Origin: Nemertoderma westbladi
Lineage: Eukaryota > Animalia > Xenacoelomorpha
Reading direction: 5' to 3'
Length of the DNA stretch: 33,559 nt
Assembly: GCA_032718475.1 (NCBI GenBank)
Contig: JAUCBJ010008454.1
Coordinates: 1 to 33,559, forward strand
Under the pieces are notes generated by a model that had not been told where the DNA came from, did not search any database, and saw nothing but the letters and a program-made list of their open reading frames with translations. Below, in pieces: positions 9,148 to 21,705 of the stretch. A program made the translations under genes and the position numbers. Numbering within the stretch: the stretch's first letter is position 1; every line of letters begins with the position of its first letter.

Positions 9148-10559
9148 CTGTTTAGAGTATTTACGTATATTAGAAACTGTGATTTTGTATATTTTATAGA
9201 CTCAAATCCCATTTTCTGGGAGCGGTGTAAAAGCTTCTGTGGGATATAACTGGCCCCTTTGCTTCGCAATCCAGTTTCCCCCCAGGCGCTGGAATACTCT
9301 AAAAGGTTCTCTAACTGTATATATATTCCCCTCGCCCGCAAGGTACTGTTACAGGTGTTTTAACGGACATAAAAGTCATTCGTCTATATACCTGCTTTGG
9401 CGGACATGGTAAGGCAAAAAACCCGCAATGCACCAAATACCTTTACACGGCTTGGCCTTGATGATTCAGATTGCGACATCTAGCAGCTGGTTGCTGGCAT
9501 GGAAACAGCCATTGGACGCACGGTTCTTTGTTTGGTTTGAGCCAATCAGAGCGATTTTTTCTGTCGACGTGTAGATATTCGGCCGATGATACTAGGAGTG
9601 TTCAGTCTTACTGTTTTTTGTGATACTGTTGTGTTGTTGCTCTCTAGGCCAGGAACACCGGCTCTAGAGTCAATTCGTTTCAGACTTTAGAAGAAACATT
9701 AGTAGGCTTAAGATTATAGAGCGTATAACTGTTATCTTGTCACATCTTGTCATATCATATCTTAACATACCGTCTTAATGCTGTTTACTGTTGTGTTTTG
9801 GTTGAATATTATTTGGAGAACATATAAAAAGAACCCAAATTTCCCAATTTTCTTGATACACTACAGGTTAGAGAGACGGGTTATATATAGCGATTGCGAC
9901 TTATATTATTGTGGTTTGTAGTGAATTTAATGCTATTTGATAAGCCCTACATGAGTCAGTTGCTGTTCGCTTTATATATGATAAAATTCATTGACGGTCG
10001 GCAAATTAGTGAGCAGTATTGTGTGTTACCGGTAGTGTGCATGATTGTGACTGATAACTAAGCATTTCCTAAAGAATGCGCCTCATACGTGAATCATAAG
10101 CCTTACCGACTTACCGTTGTGATTAGTATAAGTCATATCTCTGTTTACCTAGATAGAGCGCCACGTCCTAAAGGAACTGTTAATATTTCCCGAAAGTGAA
10201 TAATATTAGTCAGAAATTATTTATTAACGATCAATCGAATAATACAATACAGTAAGCTTACACTGCAATAATAATCTAAGCCCTCAGAATCCAGTCTCCC
10301 GGGTATATCCAGCGGGTGAATGGACGCGCACTAGGCTGGCTTCTGCTAATGTTGTGTTTATTGGTATTAAATATTTGTCATCTTCTAAAGTCTATTTATA
10401 AACCAAAAGACATATAAATTTTGGCAGGTTAAACTGCTAAAGGTCTTCAAAAGCGCCTACAGCTAAGTATACTTAGCTGTGCCTACGTCTTTCCAGTCAG
10501 CAGCCCCTTTAGCTTCGTCACCCTTTTAGCCAGTCTAGCTTCCTTGCGGTTTACTGCTT

Positions 10560-11215
10560 TTCCACTTAATGACGAAGGGTTTGTTCTTAATAAAGTTACT
10601 GTGTAAAAGTATTGTGACACCCTCGCATTACGTTACCACCTCCCACCCAATATCTCGTTTCCCATCACACTATGTCTGTTGTACATCAGACTTTAAACCG
10701 GATCATGCTATGACTTGTAAGAAGGGTGGCTTTATCGCTTTAAGACATAACGAAGTGCGCCATTTACTTGCTGGCCAGGTGTGTCATGATGATGTTGGAG
10801 TTTAGCCGAGATTACAGCCTCTTTCTAGTACAGTAGTATCCGTGAGGCCTACCTTTACATTGTATAGCGTGCTCATTCAAAGACATTGTACAATGTACAT
10901 GTCGACCTCGACATGGTCGTCCTTCCTAATGTGTATATCGTACAAAGAAACTTCCAATACCAGCACTTTATATGTCCTATGAGAACGATAAACGTACTAT
11001 AACGATAACAAAATGACAATGTACTCAATGTTGAAACAGCTACCTTCACTCCCCTTGTCTACACTTTGAGTGTTACTGCGAGTTCAAAATGCCGTGGCTT
11101 TGTAAAGCAGTTGTCTGATCCTCTTGTAAGGATACAGTAGCTCAACATATCCCGATGTGGCCCAATGTGAGCCAATGGCTCAGCTATCACTCAGTCTGGT
11201 GAGGTTAGCAATAAT
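10560..11215 (+). mobile_element. Decayed 3' part (zinc finger plus restriction-like endonuclease) of a CRE-like non-LTR retrotransposon
   Basis: DHAMTCKKGGFIALRHNEVRHLLA..VCHD..PRLQPL and downstream YENDKR..VLNVETATFTPLV match the HxxxCKKGG..RHNE..TFTPLVF pattern of these elements. Multiple stops and frameshifts. Confidence 0.75.
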
Positions 11216-11281
11216 GCGCCTCTAGTGTCATATATTTCTGGCAACCTCTAGTCTCGACAGACGACCACTGCGTGCCTCCTA

Positions 11282-11425
11282 GGGGTCTTGGGACGTTAGT
11301 GCTCTCGAGACAGTAGTGCCCGCGGCCACTAATGTCTGAGTATCTTTAGTGCCCGCGGTCACTTAGCCGCATTGTCGCGGGCACTATTGTCCCATAGGAC
11401 GTAAGTGCCCGCGAGACGTTAGCGA
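11282..11425. repeat. Cluster of (C)GTTAGTGCCC / GGGCACTA motifs, largely inverted relative to the 51-bp array at 12285-12670
   Basis: GGGACGTTAGTGCTCTCGAGACAGTAGTGCCCGCGG is close to the reverse complement of CCTCGGGCACTAATGACTCGAGGGCACTAACGTCCC. Confidence 0.65.
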
Positions 11426-11567
11426 GACGCATCGCCATCTAGCGATTTACCGGTAGTATAATGTAATACAACAGAGCCAGGAAGACAATTCCCGCTTCTT
11501 TAGTTCCTGCTGATTCAAACGACTCGTTACTACTATCTTCAAACTTCAAAGGTACAAATTTACATTT

Positions 11568-11640
11568 CCCGTACCCCGTTTTTAGTTCCCGCACCCCGTT
11601 TTTAGTTCCCGCACCCCGTTTTTAGTTCCCACACCGCGTT
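11568..11640. repeat. 20-bp minisatellite (CCCGCACCCCGTTTTTAGTT), about 3.5 copies
   Basis: Seen directly. Confidence 0.85.
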
Positions 11641-12284
11641 AAATTTAACCCTTTTTTCTTTCAACTTGAATCATTTCTAAATAAAAAAATGTATTACCCT
11701 CAGCTAGACATGGTAGCCTTTATATTATTTTGTTTTGCGGTAAAGTCGTCAAGGAATGAGGATTAAGCAAAGGCGTTTGATTGTTTATGCATAACCGACT
11801 TTTGACTGAGTTTGTTTACTTTGCTGCGGTGTCAACGTGTAATATATAAACAAGGTGCAGTACTACAACTAATAATATATGTATAGTAATATATGTAACT
11901 AATTAAATATAATGAATGAATGATTTCAAGAATAATACTCAGTCGTTTGTCTGACATTTTGTCGACGAATTAAAAGTAAAGTAATGGGGTATAAAGTAAG
12001 AAGAAAAACTGATTGCCTTTATACCGCTGTGCTATCGCTGGAGAACATTATTATATTTAAGTTTACGAGGAAAATTTAAAACTTTTTTGGGAGCGAACGA
12101 ATGCGTTGTATTGGATGTATAATGGATGTGATTGTGATTGCAAACCCCGCTATATGATAGGGTCATGGAGAGGTGACAATCCTGGTCTGGTCATCCAACA
12201 AACGAGCTCGTCTGGCTTTACACATTTTACCAATACATGCTACAGTGAACTACAACAGTATGTACTGTAAATTCAAAATACAAT

Positions 12285-12672
12285 GCGGGCACTAATGTCT
12301 CACTACTTGCAGACGAGATCATCAGGCACTAATGACTCGAGGGCACTAACGTCTCACTTGTAGACAAGGTCATCAGGCACTAATGACTCGAGGGCACTAA
12401 CGTCTCACTTGCGACAAGGTCCTCGGGCACTAATGACTCACGGGCACTAACGTCCCACTTGCAGACAAGATCCTCGGGCACTAATGACTCGAGGGCACCA
12501 ACGTCTCACTTGCAGACAAGATCCTCGGGCACTAATGACTCGTGGGCACTAACGTCTCACTTGCAGACAAGATCCTCGGGCACTAATGACTCGTGGGCAC
12601 TAACGTCTCACTTGCAGACAAGATCCTCGGGCACTAATGACTCGTGGGCACTAACGTCTCACTTGTAGGCAA
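12285..12672. repeat. 51-bp tandem repeat, about 7 copies, with 17-bp subunit structure
   Basis: Unit GGGCACTAATGACTCGT-GGGCACTAACGTCTCAC-TTGCAGACAAGATCCTC; the last copies are essentially identical. Confidence 0.92.
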
Positions 12673-13731
12673 GGTTATTAATTTTACTATTTATTTCATT
12701 ACATAAATATTACCAGTATGCTACATTGGTAAAACAAATAGACCATCTGATCTATTGTTAGTATGTCGAATTGTTATGGTTTTATTCATTGAATTTTTTA
12801 CTTACCTTTTAATGATTATTGTTTTTTATTACTTAATGTTACCACCTTTTTTACTTACAATTTTAATATTCCGTATTATTTAATTATTGTGTATAAATGT
12901 TTTACTGCTACTGTACTCGGCGTAATCATAATAACATACTTAATGAATGCGCTTAATTAATGTTAAATAAGTAGATAATAATTAATAATTTGAGACAGTA
13001 GCAAAGGAGTGAATAATTGTTTTTGTATTGGTGTGTTGGTGTTCACTATGTTAGTGTACCGGTACTACAGCTGTACAGTAGAGGCAGGATGTCTGTCTGT
13101 ATTGCAACGCCCCTCTATATACAGTATTATAATAAGACGATTATAATACTATGTAATATGTATGTATGTGTATAATCATTGTTTGAATATACATGGAGGT
13201 GTTTTATGACAACTTCCCGTATTTAACACATCATCAATTATGAATTGTAAATGTAGTCTAAACAGTTACTGTCACCTTTTGAAGATAACATTCTCCTTCA
13301 GAGAAAGAAAAGTATATAAGTTGATGAATTGGTATTACTGTATTTATATAACGTCATGTGTTTATAATAGTCACTAAATCACCTTGGATTTCTCATTTGT
13401 AATTTTGCTGTGATTAATTATTGTAATATAATATATTTCTAACAGTGAGTTGATTATTTCCGTTATAGTTATAGGTTTACGTAAAAGTATTAGAAATAAT
13501 ACAAAATATTTTTTTAATTTAATTTATAAAAGGGGCCGCCACCCAATAAACAAACTATTGTTAAAAATAATCGTAGCGTAATGTTCTCAAACAGTAAAGT
13601 ATTTCCTGCCAAAATATGATTTTTTTTAAATAATACAAAAATAAAAAAAGCATCAACAATGCAAGTAACTGGTCATTGACCTTAGAATAATTTTTAGATC
13701 CGGGTAGCGAGACCTGTAATAACCACTCCGT

Positions 13732-13848
<117 letters not shown>

Positions 13849-14738
13849 CTGATTTCCAATTTACTTTTGTTAACTTTGGTACAGCTCTGGTATTTAACTC
13901 ACTTTGTATGGTATGGCGCTTTTGCTCACTTTGTAGAGCATTCGATTTCGAATTCGAGAAACCGAGTTCAACCCCTGACTTATGTTTATGTTTTTAGATT
14001 AAATTATTTTAGATACCGTACCTAGATGCGGACCTTTGCGCGATTTCGCGTTTGTTATCCCTAAAACTGATTCACTTTGTTGCTTTTGTGACCATATCTC
14101 CGTAAATAATATTTTCCAATATCTTTTCGTTTGTCCAAAATATCTACAGTAGTTGACAGATTATTTCTGTTTTAATGCAAGTTTTAAATATGCAGTGGCC
14201 ACTTTGCACTAGAAAAATTTACTATATCTGGAAAAATGTACGACTTGAAATAAATATTTTCAGTTGAACATTACAAAACTTATCTCGCTCTAATAATTAA
14301 TTTACTCTGACAAGTTCAATAAGCGAATTCTGTTAACTATATTATGTGCTGTAGGCAATAAATTGTTTTGTTGTGTGTATTTTTGCCTTCAAGGTGTCCC
14401 ATAACACACCACCAGTTCTATATTTTGTTTGGGAGTACGTAAGTTGAGTACTTAAATTTTAGTATTAAATATATTAAATTAATAATAGCAGTGTTTATAG
14501 AATTAATTTTATATTTTTATTAGATAATATTATTACAATTAATATTATTATTAATTACTTACAATTACCTATTACTGATGATATTGTAATATACCTGTAA
14601 CAACAATAATGTCATAATGTCATAATGATAATATATAATAATAATAATGGTACTTTTTAAATAAGATTTTATTAAGAAATGTTGTACAATAGTCCACTAA
14701 TACTACTGTATTGTATTTCTATATAAAAAGATAGTAAA

Positions 14739-16643
14739 ATGTTCACCAAAAATTCAATCCATATAGTTGCGATACTAACAATGTTCTTATCTCATTACGC
14801 TGATTGCGCATCTGTTATGCTTCCAGAATTAGAATCCATGGTTACCATTGATGATGACGTTGTACAACTTCCGCCATTGGCGTCACTTAACGTCAGTGGA
14901 GATTTATTATTGCCAATAGATTCTTATGTATTAATACGTTGCCAGGTGATGGGAAACCCTCAACCAATAATAAGTTGGCCTGGTGTTCCAGATAATCTAT
15001 TATTGGTTGAATCAATTGGCATTGGTAAAGAGGTTCTGAATGTTAGCCAATCAGGAAGTTACCGTTGTTCCGCTGGGAATACTGAGGGTTTAGCCTTTAG
15101 CCAATGGGTGACAGTCACAGTAATAGACTGGTCTTCGTATAGCAACAATTCCGAGACAATACCTATAGAAGCGGACTTAAATGAAGCAATCTCGTTACCA
15201 TGCCAACAACACTTTCATACTTTTTCAGATATAATTCATGAAAAATTTACATTTTATTGGACAAAAGATGAGTTGAAAGTCGAGGAAAGCAATAGTGTTG
15301 TGATTGAAAGAAGTGGGGTTCTACATTTATTGAATGTTTTGGCAAGCGACGAAACTATATGGACTTGTAGAGTTTCATACCTACGTAATATCTCGTGGTG
15401 GCAGCTATCTTCTTTCAACCTAACCGTTAATAGGCCTACACAAGTTTTTCAAATAAATTTTATGATTTTTAATTTTATTACATCGCCAAGAATCTACGTG
15501 TTCTTACATGTTGGGGAAAACACCGAACTATACTGCATAACAAATGGTTTCTATGGTGACAATGAACCAAAAGTACAATGGAAATTTACGAAATATCCCT
15601 ATGGAATGTACCAGCTGATTGAACCTCAGCCCTCAAATCAATACAAATTTATTATTAGAAACGCAACTGCGTCAGACTTCGGAATGTACGAATGCACCGC
15701 TACAAACGGTGGCTCCGTATTATCAAGGATATTTACGGTGCAAAGTTTTTGTAGAGAACAGAGTTACTATTTGACTAGCAACCGCTACGACAACAAACTT
15801 ACAAAATCATATGGTAACACGATAATAGCTCCCGGAGAAAAATTTAAGTTTACTTGTGGTAAAACATGTGGTAAAGCTATATCTAGAATACATTTTAATG
15901 GTAATCGCACATTCCCTGAAGTAGTTGAAAATTTAGTCAATAGTTCAACAGAAGTTGAAGGTTTGATATCAACAAACAACAGTACAGGCGTCTACAGGTG
16001 TCTAGTGGAGCACTACGGAAAACAAATACATTATACCGAAACATACCTCAAGGTGGCGCTTATTTCCCCAAAAATAATAGTCCCTCCAACCGATCCTGAG
16101 AACATTACTATGGCAACTAATGGATCTAAATTCAATTTTACTTGTTACATACTGGCATCCCCCAAAGCCAATTTGTACTGGGTAGTCAAGACAACTGCGT
16201 ACAACATTGGTGTTGTTATTAGACCATTTCAAGAGTTCGGAAAGACGGTGTTTGCTACTGAAAGCGCTGGCGGGTATATCACAACATTATTCATTAATAA
16301 TATGCAACCTTCACTTGAAGGCACATATACTTGTGTTGGTAAATATGGTGGTGTGTCAACAAATAGGACATTTAACGTTGTTATAAACCCGCCATTAACC
16401 TCAGATAATCATATTTTTATTTATTACAAGTTAATCTTTATAATTCCATTGTGTCTCTTAGTGACGCTAGGGTGCGTACTATGTCGAAGGAAGCGCGGAT
16501 TCGTTGAACCGCCGGTAGATGTCGTTGTAAAGGAATCTGTTTCGATGTGGGACCTCGATTCAATCTACGGGGAGGGTTTCAACGAAGACGGAAGTTTTAT
16601 CGGGATCTACGCTGATTTTAAACCGGAAACATCGGAATTATAG
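14739..16643 (+). CDS. Intronless type I membrane Ig-superfamily protein: signal peptide, 5 Ig domains, TM helix, L1CAM/neuroglian-type ankyrin-binding tail
   Basis: 634-aa ORF with hydrophobic N-terminus. Five Ig Cys pairs (RCQV/YRCSA, LPCQ/WTCRV, LYCI/YECTA, FTCG/YRCLV, FTCY/YTCVG), TM LIFIIPLCLLVTLGCVLC followed by RRKR, tail GFNEDGSFIGIY (L1 consensus FNEDGSFIGQY), C-terminal SEL. Confidence 0.9.
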   Translation: MFTKNSIHIVAILTMFLSHYADCASVMLPELESMVTIDDDVVQLPPLASLNVSGDLLLPIDSYVLIRCQVMGNPQPIISWPGVPDNLLLVESIGIGKEVLNVSQSGSYRCSAGNTEGLAFSQWVTVTVIDWSSYSNNSETIPIEADLNEAISLPCQQHFHTFSDIIHEKFTFYWTKDELKVEESNSVVIERSGVLHLLNVLASDETIWTCRVSYLRNISWWQLSSFNLTVNRPTQVFQINFMIFNFITSPRIYVFLHVGENTELYCITNGFYGDNEPKVQWKFTKYPYGMYQLIEPQPSNQYKFIIRNATASDFGMYECTATNGGSVLSRIFTVQSFCREQSYYLTSNRYDNKLTKSYGNTIIAPGEKFKFTCGKTCGKAISRIHFNGNRTFPEVVENLVNSSTEVEGLISTNNSTGVYRCLVEHYGKQIHYTETYLKVALISPKIIVPPTDPENITMATNGSKFNFTCYILASPKANLYWVVKTTAYNIGVVIRPFQEFGKTVFATESAGGYITTLFINNMQPSLEGTYTCVGKYGGVSTNRTFNVVINPPLTSDNHIFIYYKLIFIIPLCLLVTLGCVLCRRKRGFVEPPVDVVVKESVSMWDLDSIYGEGFNEDGSFIGIYADFKPETSEL

Positions 16644-18669
16644 AGGAATATTAAATTGAATTTATTAAACATATATATATGTTGCCTAATTTATTTAATT
16701 GTATATTATTTATATGACTTTTCACACCTTTTAATTATATATTTTCACATCTAAACGCTTTCTGCTATTTATATTTCTGCTATCTACTATTTATATAGTA
16801 CAATTCATGTCTCCTTTAATGGGGTTTTAGTGGGGTTTTCTCGGCATTGAAACCTTATATGTAGACAAACCGTTTAGTTCTGTATAATAGTTCTGGCTGA
16901 AACACACTAGAAATAAGTCGTCAGTCAGACTTCTTTCTACATAATCCATGTACTCTAACACAGCCGAACAAAACTATTACGGTTAACATTACAGCGCTGT
17001 CAAAATGGGATAAAAATGCGACACAAAACCACTGGGGTTTAGACTGCAGACGCAGACTTGTTGACTTCTACTGACTACACCACCACCACCGTATTGTAAT
17101 ACTCTAGAACACTGTATGTACCTTACTTTGGTATTGCGTACTTGATTATATAAGATTATTTTCACAATACAGAATCATTCAGACGAAGAATGGATCTCTC
17201 GAAAAAAAAACATGACCGAAATGAGATCGCCACTCTCCCCGATGTATCAATTTGTCGAGACGAACCAATATGGTCGGTCTTCAATTATGTCACTCAAATT
17301 GTTTTATTCATTAAGTAATAAATATATTTGTTTATAAAGCTTTCGAGTACTGTATAAGGCCGTGTTCAATTTATTAATGTTTTTGTAAGACTCCTCCTCT
17401 AAACCATCTGCTACACATTCCAGTACCGTGTACCGCACCAAGCAGTACTGCGGCCTATATAATAAGTAAGCATCACGGTTCTAAGCCACATTTTTAATCG
17501 AAGTTGGGTGGGAGCTTAGTTCCTACCATTTCCGTTAGCCAATCAGAATGCTGATAGATGTTTCTCAACCTATCATAGTTTCATATAAAAATACATACCA
17601 TGGAAGTTGGATGAGATTGTGTAACTTTTTGTATTGATTGTGTTTTGTAAAGACCCATTAGTTGGTAGTTGTTTTAATTATTATTAACACACTTTTTCAA
17701 ATAATTAATATTTTATTTCTTTATTTACTCCATAGATTCATTTCAAATGTAAATTGTCAAATATTTTAATTAGCTTTTCTCAGGAATTCTTATTTCACAC
17801 TAATATTGGACATATTGTTTTATTGTTTGAATGTTTTATTGCTAAAAAAGCGATATGAACAAAATTCACGACACCCTTTTGGATATGTTTCGTAACTTGA
17901 TCAGGTTGTGGAGATTCAAATATAATTGTGGAGTTGTGCATTGCTGCATTGTGGTGTTTGAATGCCATTCTATAATTATTAATGCAATAATTACCTTTAA
18001 AAATCTCAGAAAAATATAATCTTTGTTTATAATATGACGCCAATTAACTATCTGTAATGTTTTTCCATAGTTATGACTTTGTTAGTAGGTCGATGTGTTG
18101 TGGTGAGACGTGGGAATATGGCTAAATTATTATATTTAGTAACTAATCTATTCAAATACTGTTTGCCAAGATCTGTGTATTATTATTTTGTACTTTATTT
18201 TATTACTATTATTATTATTATATAATAACATGTTAAAACAATAACATACTATTACATGTTCCAAAACAAATTACAATGTGCCAGGCTTCCCACCATACAG
18301 TATACGGTACACGAAATTTTATTTTGTGGTACATCAATGCTTGTATAAGTGTTTCGTTATTGTACTACTTTGTGAGCTTCAGTTACAGATTGGTCGCGGG
18401 TTTGTAGTGTTATTATAAATAAGAAGTGTTTGAGTTTTTAGTATTCGTTTTGTGTTTACAACAATGCAATGACAATGCAATGCCCCGTCTTCTTCCCCCT
18501 ATGTTTATTTACTTAAATAATTTTATGCTTGCGTACACTGGTCAGTATAAGTGCAGTGATATTTTACCGCGTAGCTATTTTCGGTTGTATTTCCGATCAG
18601 TAGCTACTGTCTATGCTAATTTTTTGCTTATTTCATTTTAAAAATTTAAAAAGTAAATATAAAGTAGCT

Positions 18670-20775
18670 TTTAAACAAAAAGTGGAGAAACAGCATGATC
18701 AACTGCGAGGCATACAGCTCGTTCAACCTAATTGGTTCGGACCACAGAATTGTGACTGCAGAGATCAGACTCAGTTTGAGAGCCAGCAATCCCAACACAA
18801 GCAAGCAAATCAACTATGACTGGGAGAAACTCAGTAACAATGCTGTAAAGGATGCTTACACAGTACAAGTTCAAAACCGCTTTGAAGCACTTCAGTCAAT
18901 GGATGAAGACCAGTCCACCGATTCAATATACCAGAATATAATAACAGCCCACAAGGAATCAGCTTAGAGGCATATCCCCCAGAAACCCAAACGAAAACAG
19001 TATGTGCCATGGCAAAACTCTGAGGTTACATGTAAGAGTGAGAAGATCTTAAGATAGCCTACAAAGTAAAAACCGAATAACCAACAACCGAAAACATTAA
19101 CAAGGTTGAGAAAGCTAAGGATGATCTTAAATTGGCCTACAACATCAGCTAGGAAAAGTACATACAAGATAAAATTGAAGCAATTTCAACTGCTCACATA
19201 CAGCAACAGTCAAGACTTACCTGGCAAACTGTGAATGAGGTATCTGGTCGGAAAAGTTGTGCAAAGGGGCGCCTCAAAGCCGATGGTCCCGAAGAACGTG
19301 TGAGGAAGTGGAAACATCACTTCAGCAACTTGCTTGGGCAGCCACCAAACATCGAGGTCAGCCCTACAAGCCATATGACAAGACACTACCTATAGAGACA
19401 GGGGACTTCACATTCACACCTGCCGAACTCCAAAAAAGCATTAAAAGCATGTCCAATAATAAAGCGAGTGGATTAGATGAAATTCCAGCAGAGGTATTGG
19501 AAAACATGAGTGCTAAACAGACCATTATTGAATGTTTGCAACCTGATGTTAAAAGGAGAAAAGCCTCCACCAATTTGGACTAAAGGTCAACTAAAGCGTC
19601 TCCCCAAGAAAGGAGACCTCGGTATACCAACAAACTATCGTGGGATCTGTCTGCTTGTGGTAGCTGCCAAAATATACAATAAAATGATTCTATATAGGAT
19701 TAGGCCTCACATAGAGAAACTACTGCGTAAGAGCCAAAACGGATTTCGACCAAGTAGATCAACAATAGCTCAGATACTTGGCTACGGAGACTGATTGAAG
19801 GAATTAAGTCAAAGAATCTCCACGCAGTCATGACTTTTGTGGACTTCAAGAAGGCATTCGACTCCATCCATAGAGGTAAAATACTTGAAATCCTAAGAGC
19901 TTATGGAATACCAGAAGTAATCGTTTCTGGCATTGGATTGTTATATTGTGACACAGAAGACAGATACAGATGGTGAAACTGAGTTTTTCTGAATCCTGGC
20001 TGGCGTACTGCAAGGTGACACATTAGCACCATTACTATTATTACGCAATGAGGACGGCCACAAAGGGTGAAGATCTGGGATTCACACTTCAAGAACGCAG
20101 AAGTAGTAGATATCCGGCAACTACAGTCACAGACACCTTTGCAGACTTTGCGGATGACATCGCCCTGCTCTCTAATACTCTAGCAGATGCACAGCTTCTA
20201 CTACATAAAGTGGAGAGGGCTGCTAAGGAGGTTGGATTGCATATAAATGCTACCAATGCCGAATTCATGACCTTTAATGTTGATGGAAACTTGACAACCA
20301 TTGATAATAATCAACTAAGGAAGGTTGAAGACTAAGTTCTTTCGAGCCACAGTGGAAAGTGTATTTTTATACGGGGGTGAGACCTGGACACCGACTAAAT
20401 CACTTGAACAACGAATTGATGGTTGCTACACAAGACTACTAAGGGCAGCCCTAAACATCAGCTGGAGACAACACATGACAAACGCCGAGCTTTATGGTAC
20501 AATACCACCTGTATCAACCACCGTCCGTGAACGCAGATTAAGATTCAGTGGGCACTACTGGCGAAATAAAGACGAGGTCATACCAGATCTACTTTTCTGG
20601 CAACCAACTCATGGAAAGCGTAGTCGTGGACGACCGGCCATACCATATATAGATCAACTTGAAAGGGATGCTGAACTTGGGAGAAACGAAATTGCGACAA
20701 CTATGGAGAATCGGAAAGCCTGGAAGGATCTCATTTCCACTGTCCGAGTTCGCTCGACTTAGTAGTAGTAGTAGT
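18670..20775 (+). mobile_element. 5'-truncated decayed RTE-clade LINE (end of APE domain, RT, C-terminus) with (TAG)n tail
   Basis: SDHRIV, KASGLDEIPAE, PKKGDL..NYRGI, QNGFRPSRS, FVDFKKAFDS, QGDTLAP, FADDIALL, LYGGETW, RRLRFSGH. TAG repeats at 20760-20774. Many frameshifts. Confidence 0.93.
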
Positions 20776-21240
20776 TCGTGTCCAAAATCATAGATATCTT
20801 ATTCCAGCTTACAGTACGACCACCCAGTCCAGTAGCCTTTCACCTACAAACCACCCCCCCCCCCCTCCCCCCCCATCTATCTAATTAAAATTGTATAGTG
20901 AAATAATTTTGGCCTATACCTTAATAAATACTATTTAGTTAACTAAGAGCATCACAGTGGGGTTTAACAAATATTGCCAAGAATGTATTTCCAACTAACA
21001 GTTAATTATTGTCAATCACAGTATGGAGTTCATTGGCTCATAGAAGAGTAAATTGCTTCGGTTAATCAATTATCTCAATGGGGTATGGAGTGGAATCCAT
21101 TTTTGTTTCACGATATGGCGATTTATAAAGTAATTAGTTTCCAACTGATATTCTACTCAATTTTAGTGTTGTGAACTTCTTTGATAGCAAAATCAGCATA
21201 AAATCGTATGAGAGTAAATGTGTTTCTGAGTTTCCTGTTA

Positions 21241-21293
21241 TCGGAATTGTTAGAGCGTCAGACTTCCAATCTGGAGGTCACCAGTTCGATCCC
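21241..21293 (+). other. Degenerate tRNA-like segment (tRNA-derived SINE head or tRNA pseudogene)
   Basis: GTTAGAGCG D-arm end, stem-loop TCAGA-CTTCCAA-TCTGG, then GGTC and GTTCGATCC B-box. No intact acceptor stem. Confidence 0.45.
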
Positions 21294-21356
21294 ACATAAA
21301 AGTTAAACGCGAGATAGAGACAACTTTATATTTTAATCTGAAACTGGCCTAGTTTC

Positions 21357-21705
21357 TCCGGGTACATTGTGTCAAGTACAATGAACACATCTCCCCATCA
21401 GACCTTAAACATCATTGCAGGTGTCTCAATAGTCCACCCAAGCTTGACACTTGAACAGAGCCGCATCCTCTTTTCAGGACATTGCTTTCGCCGTGAGGAC
21501 CAGCCAGTGCATAATCTTGTACTTTGGCAGCCTCATAGAGAGATAAGCATGGCGGACGGACAGCCCATGACTTTCTTGAGACGCATCTTAAAGGAAACTG
21601 TCTTTAAAATGCGGATAATCTCGCCAAAGTTAGGGGGATAGGGAGTTGTGAATTTTGTCGATATGCCGGCATATCATTCTTAATGTAGCTCCCGGCCATC
21701 GTGTC
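21357..21705 (+). mobile_element. 3' fragment of RTE LINE family B
   Basis: SLTLEQSR..FSGHCFRREDQPVHNLVLWQP, closely similar to the copy at 31020-31415. Confidence 0.85.

Noticed and set aside
9199-9483. Possible further exon with CYRC/CFGGH-like words after ttttatag
   Set aside because: No consistent open frame; too fragmentary to support.
1-10500. Polinton terminal inverted repeats, 6-bp TSD, capsid/integrase/ATPase/protease genes
   Set aside because: Not found by eye; element boundaries cannot be set from this window.
12459-12668. 69-aa repetitive ORF or CRISPR-like array
   Set aside because: Head-to-tail 51-bp repeat with no spacers; the ORF is a by-product.
21241-21293. Functional tRNA-Gly(TCC)
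   Set aside because: Acceptor stem and 5' part are not intact.
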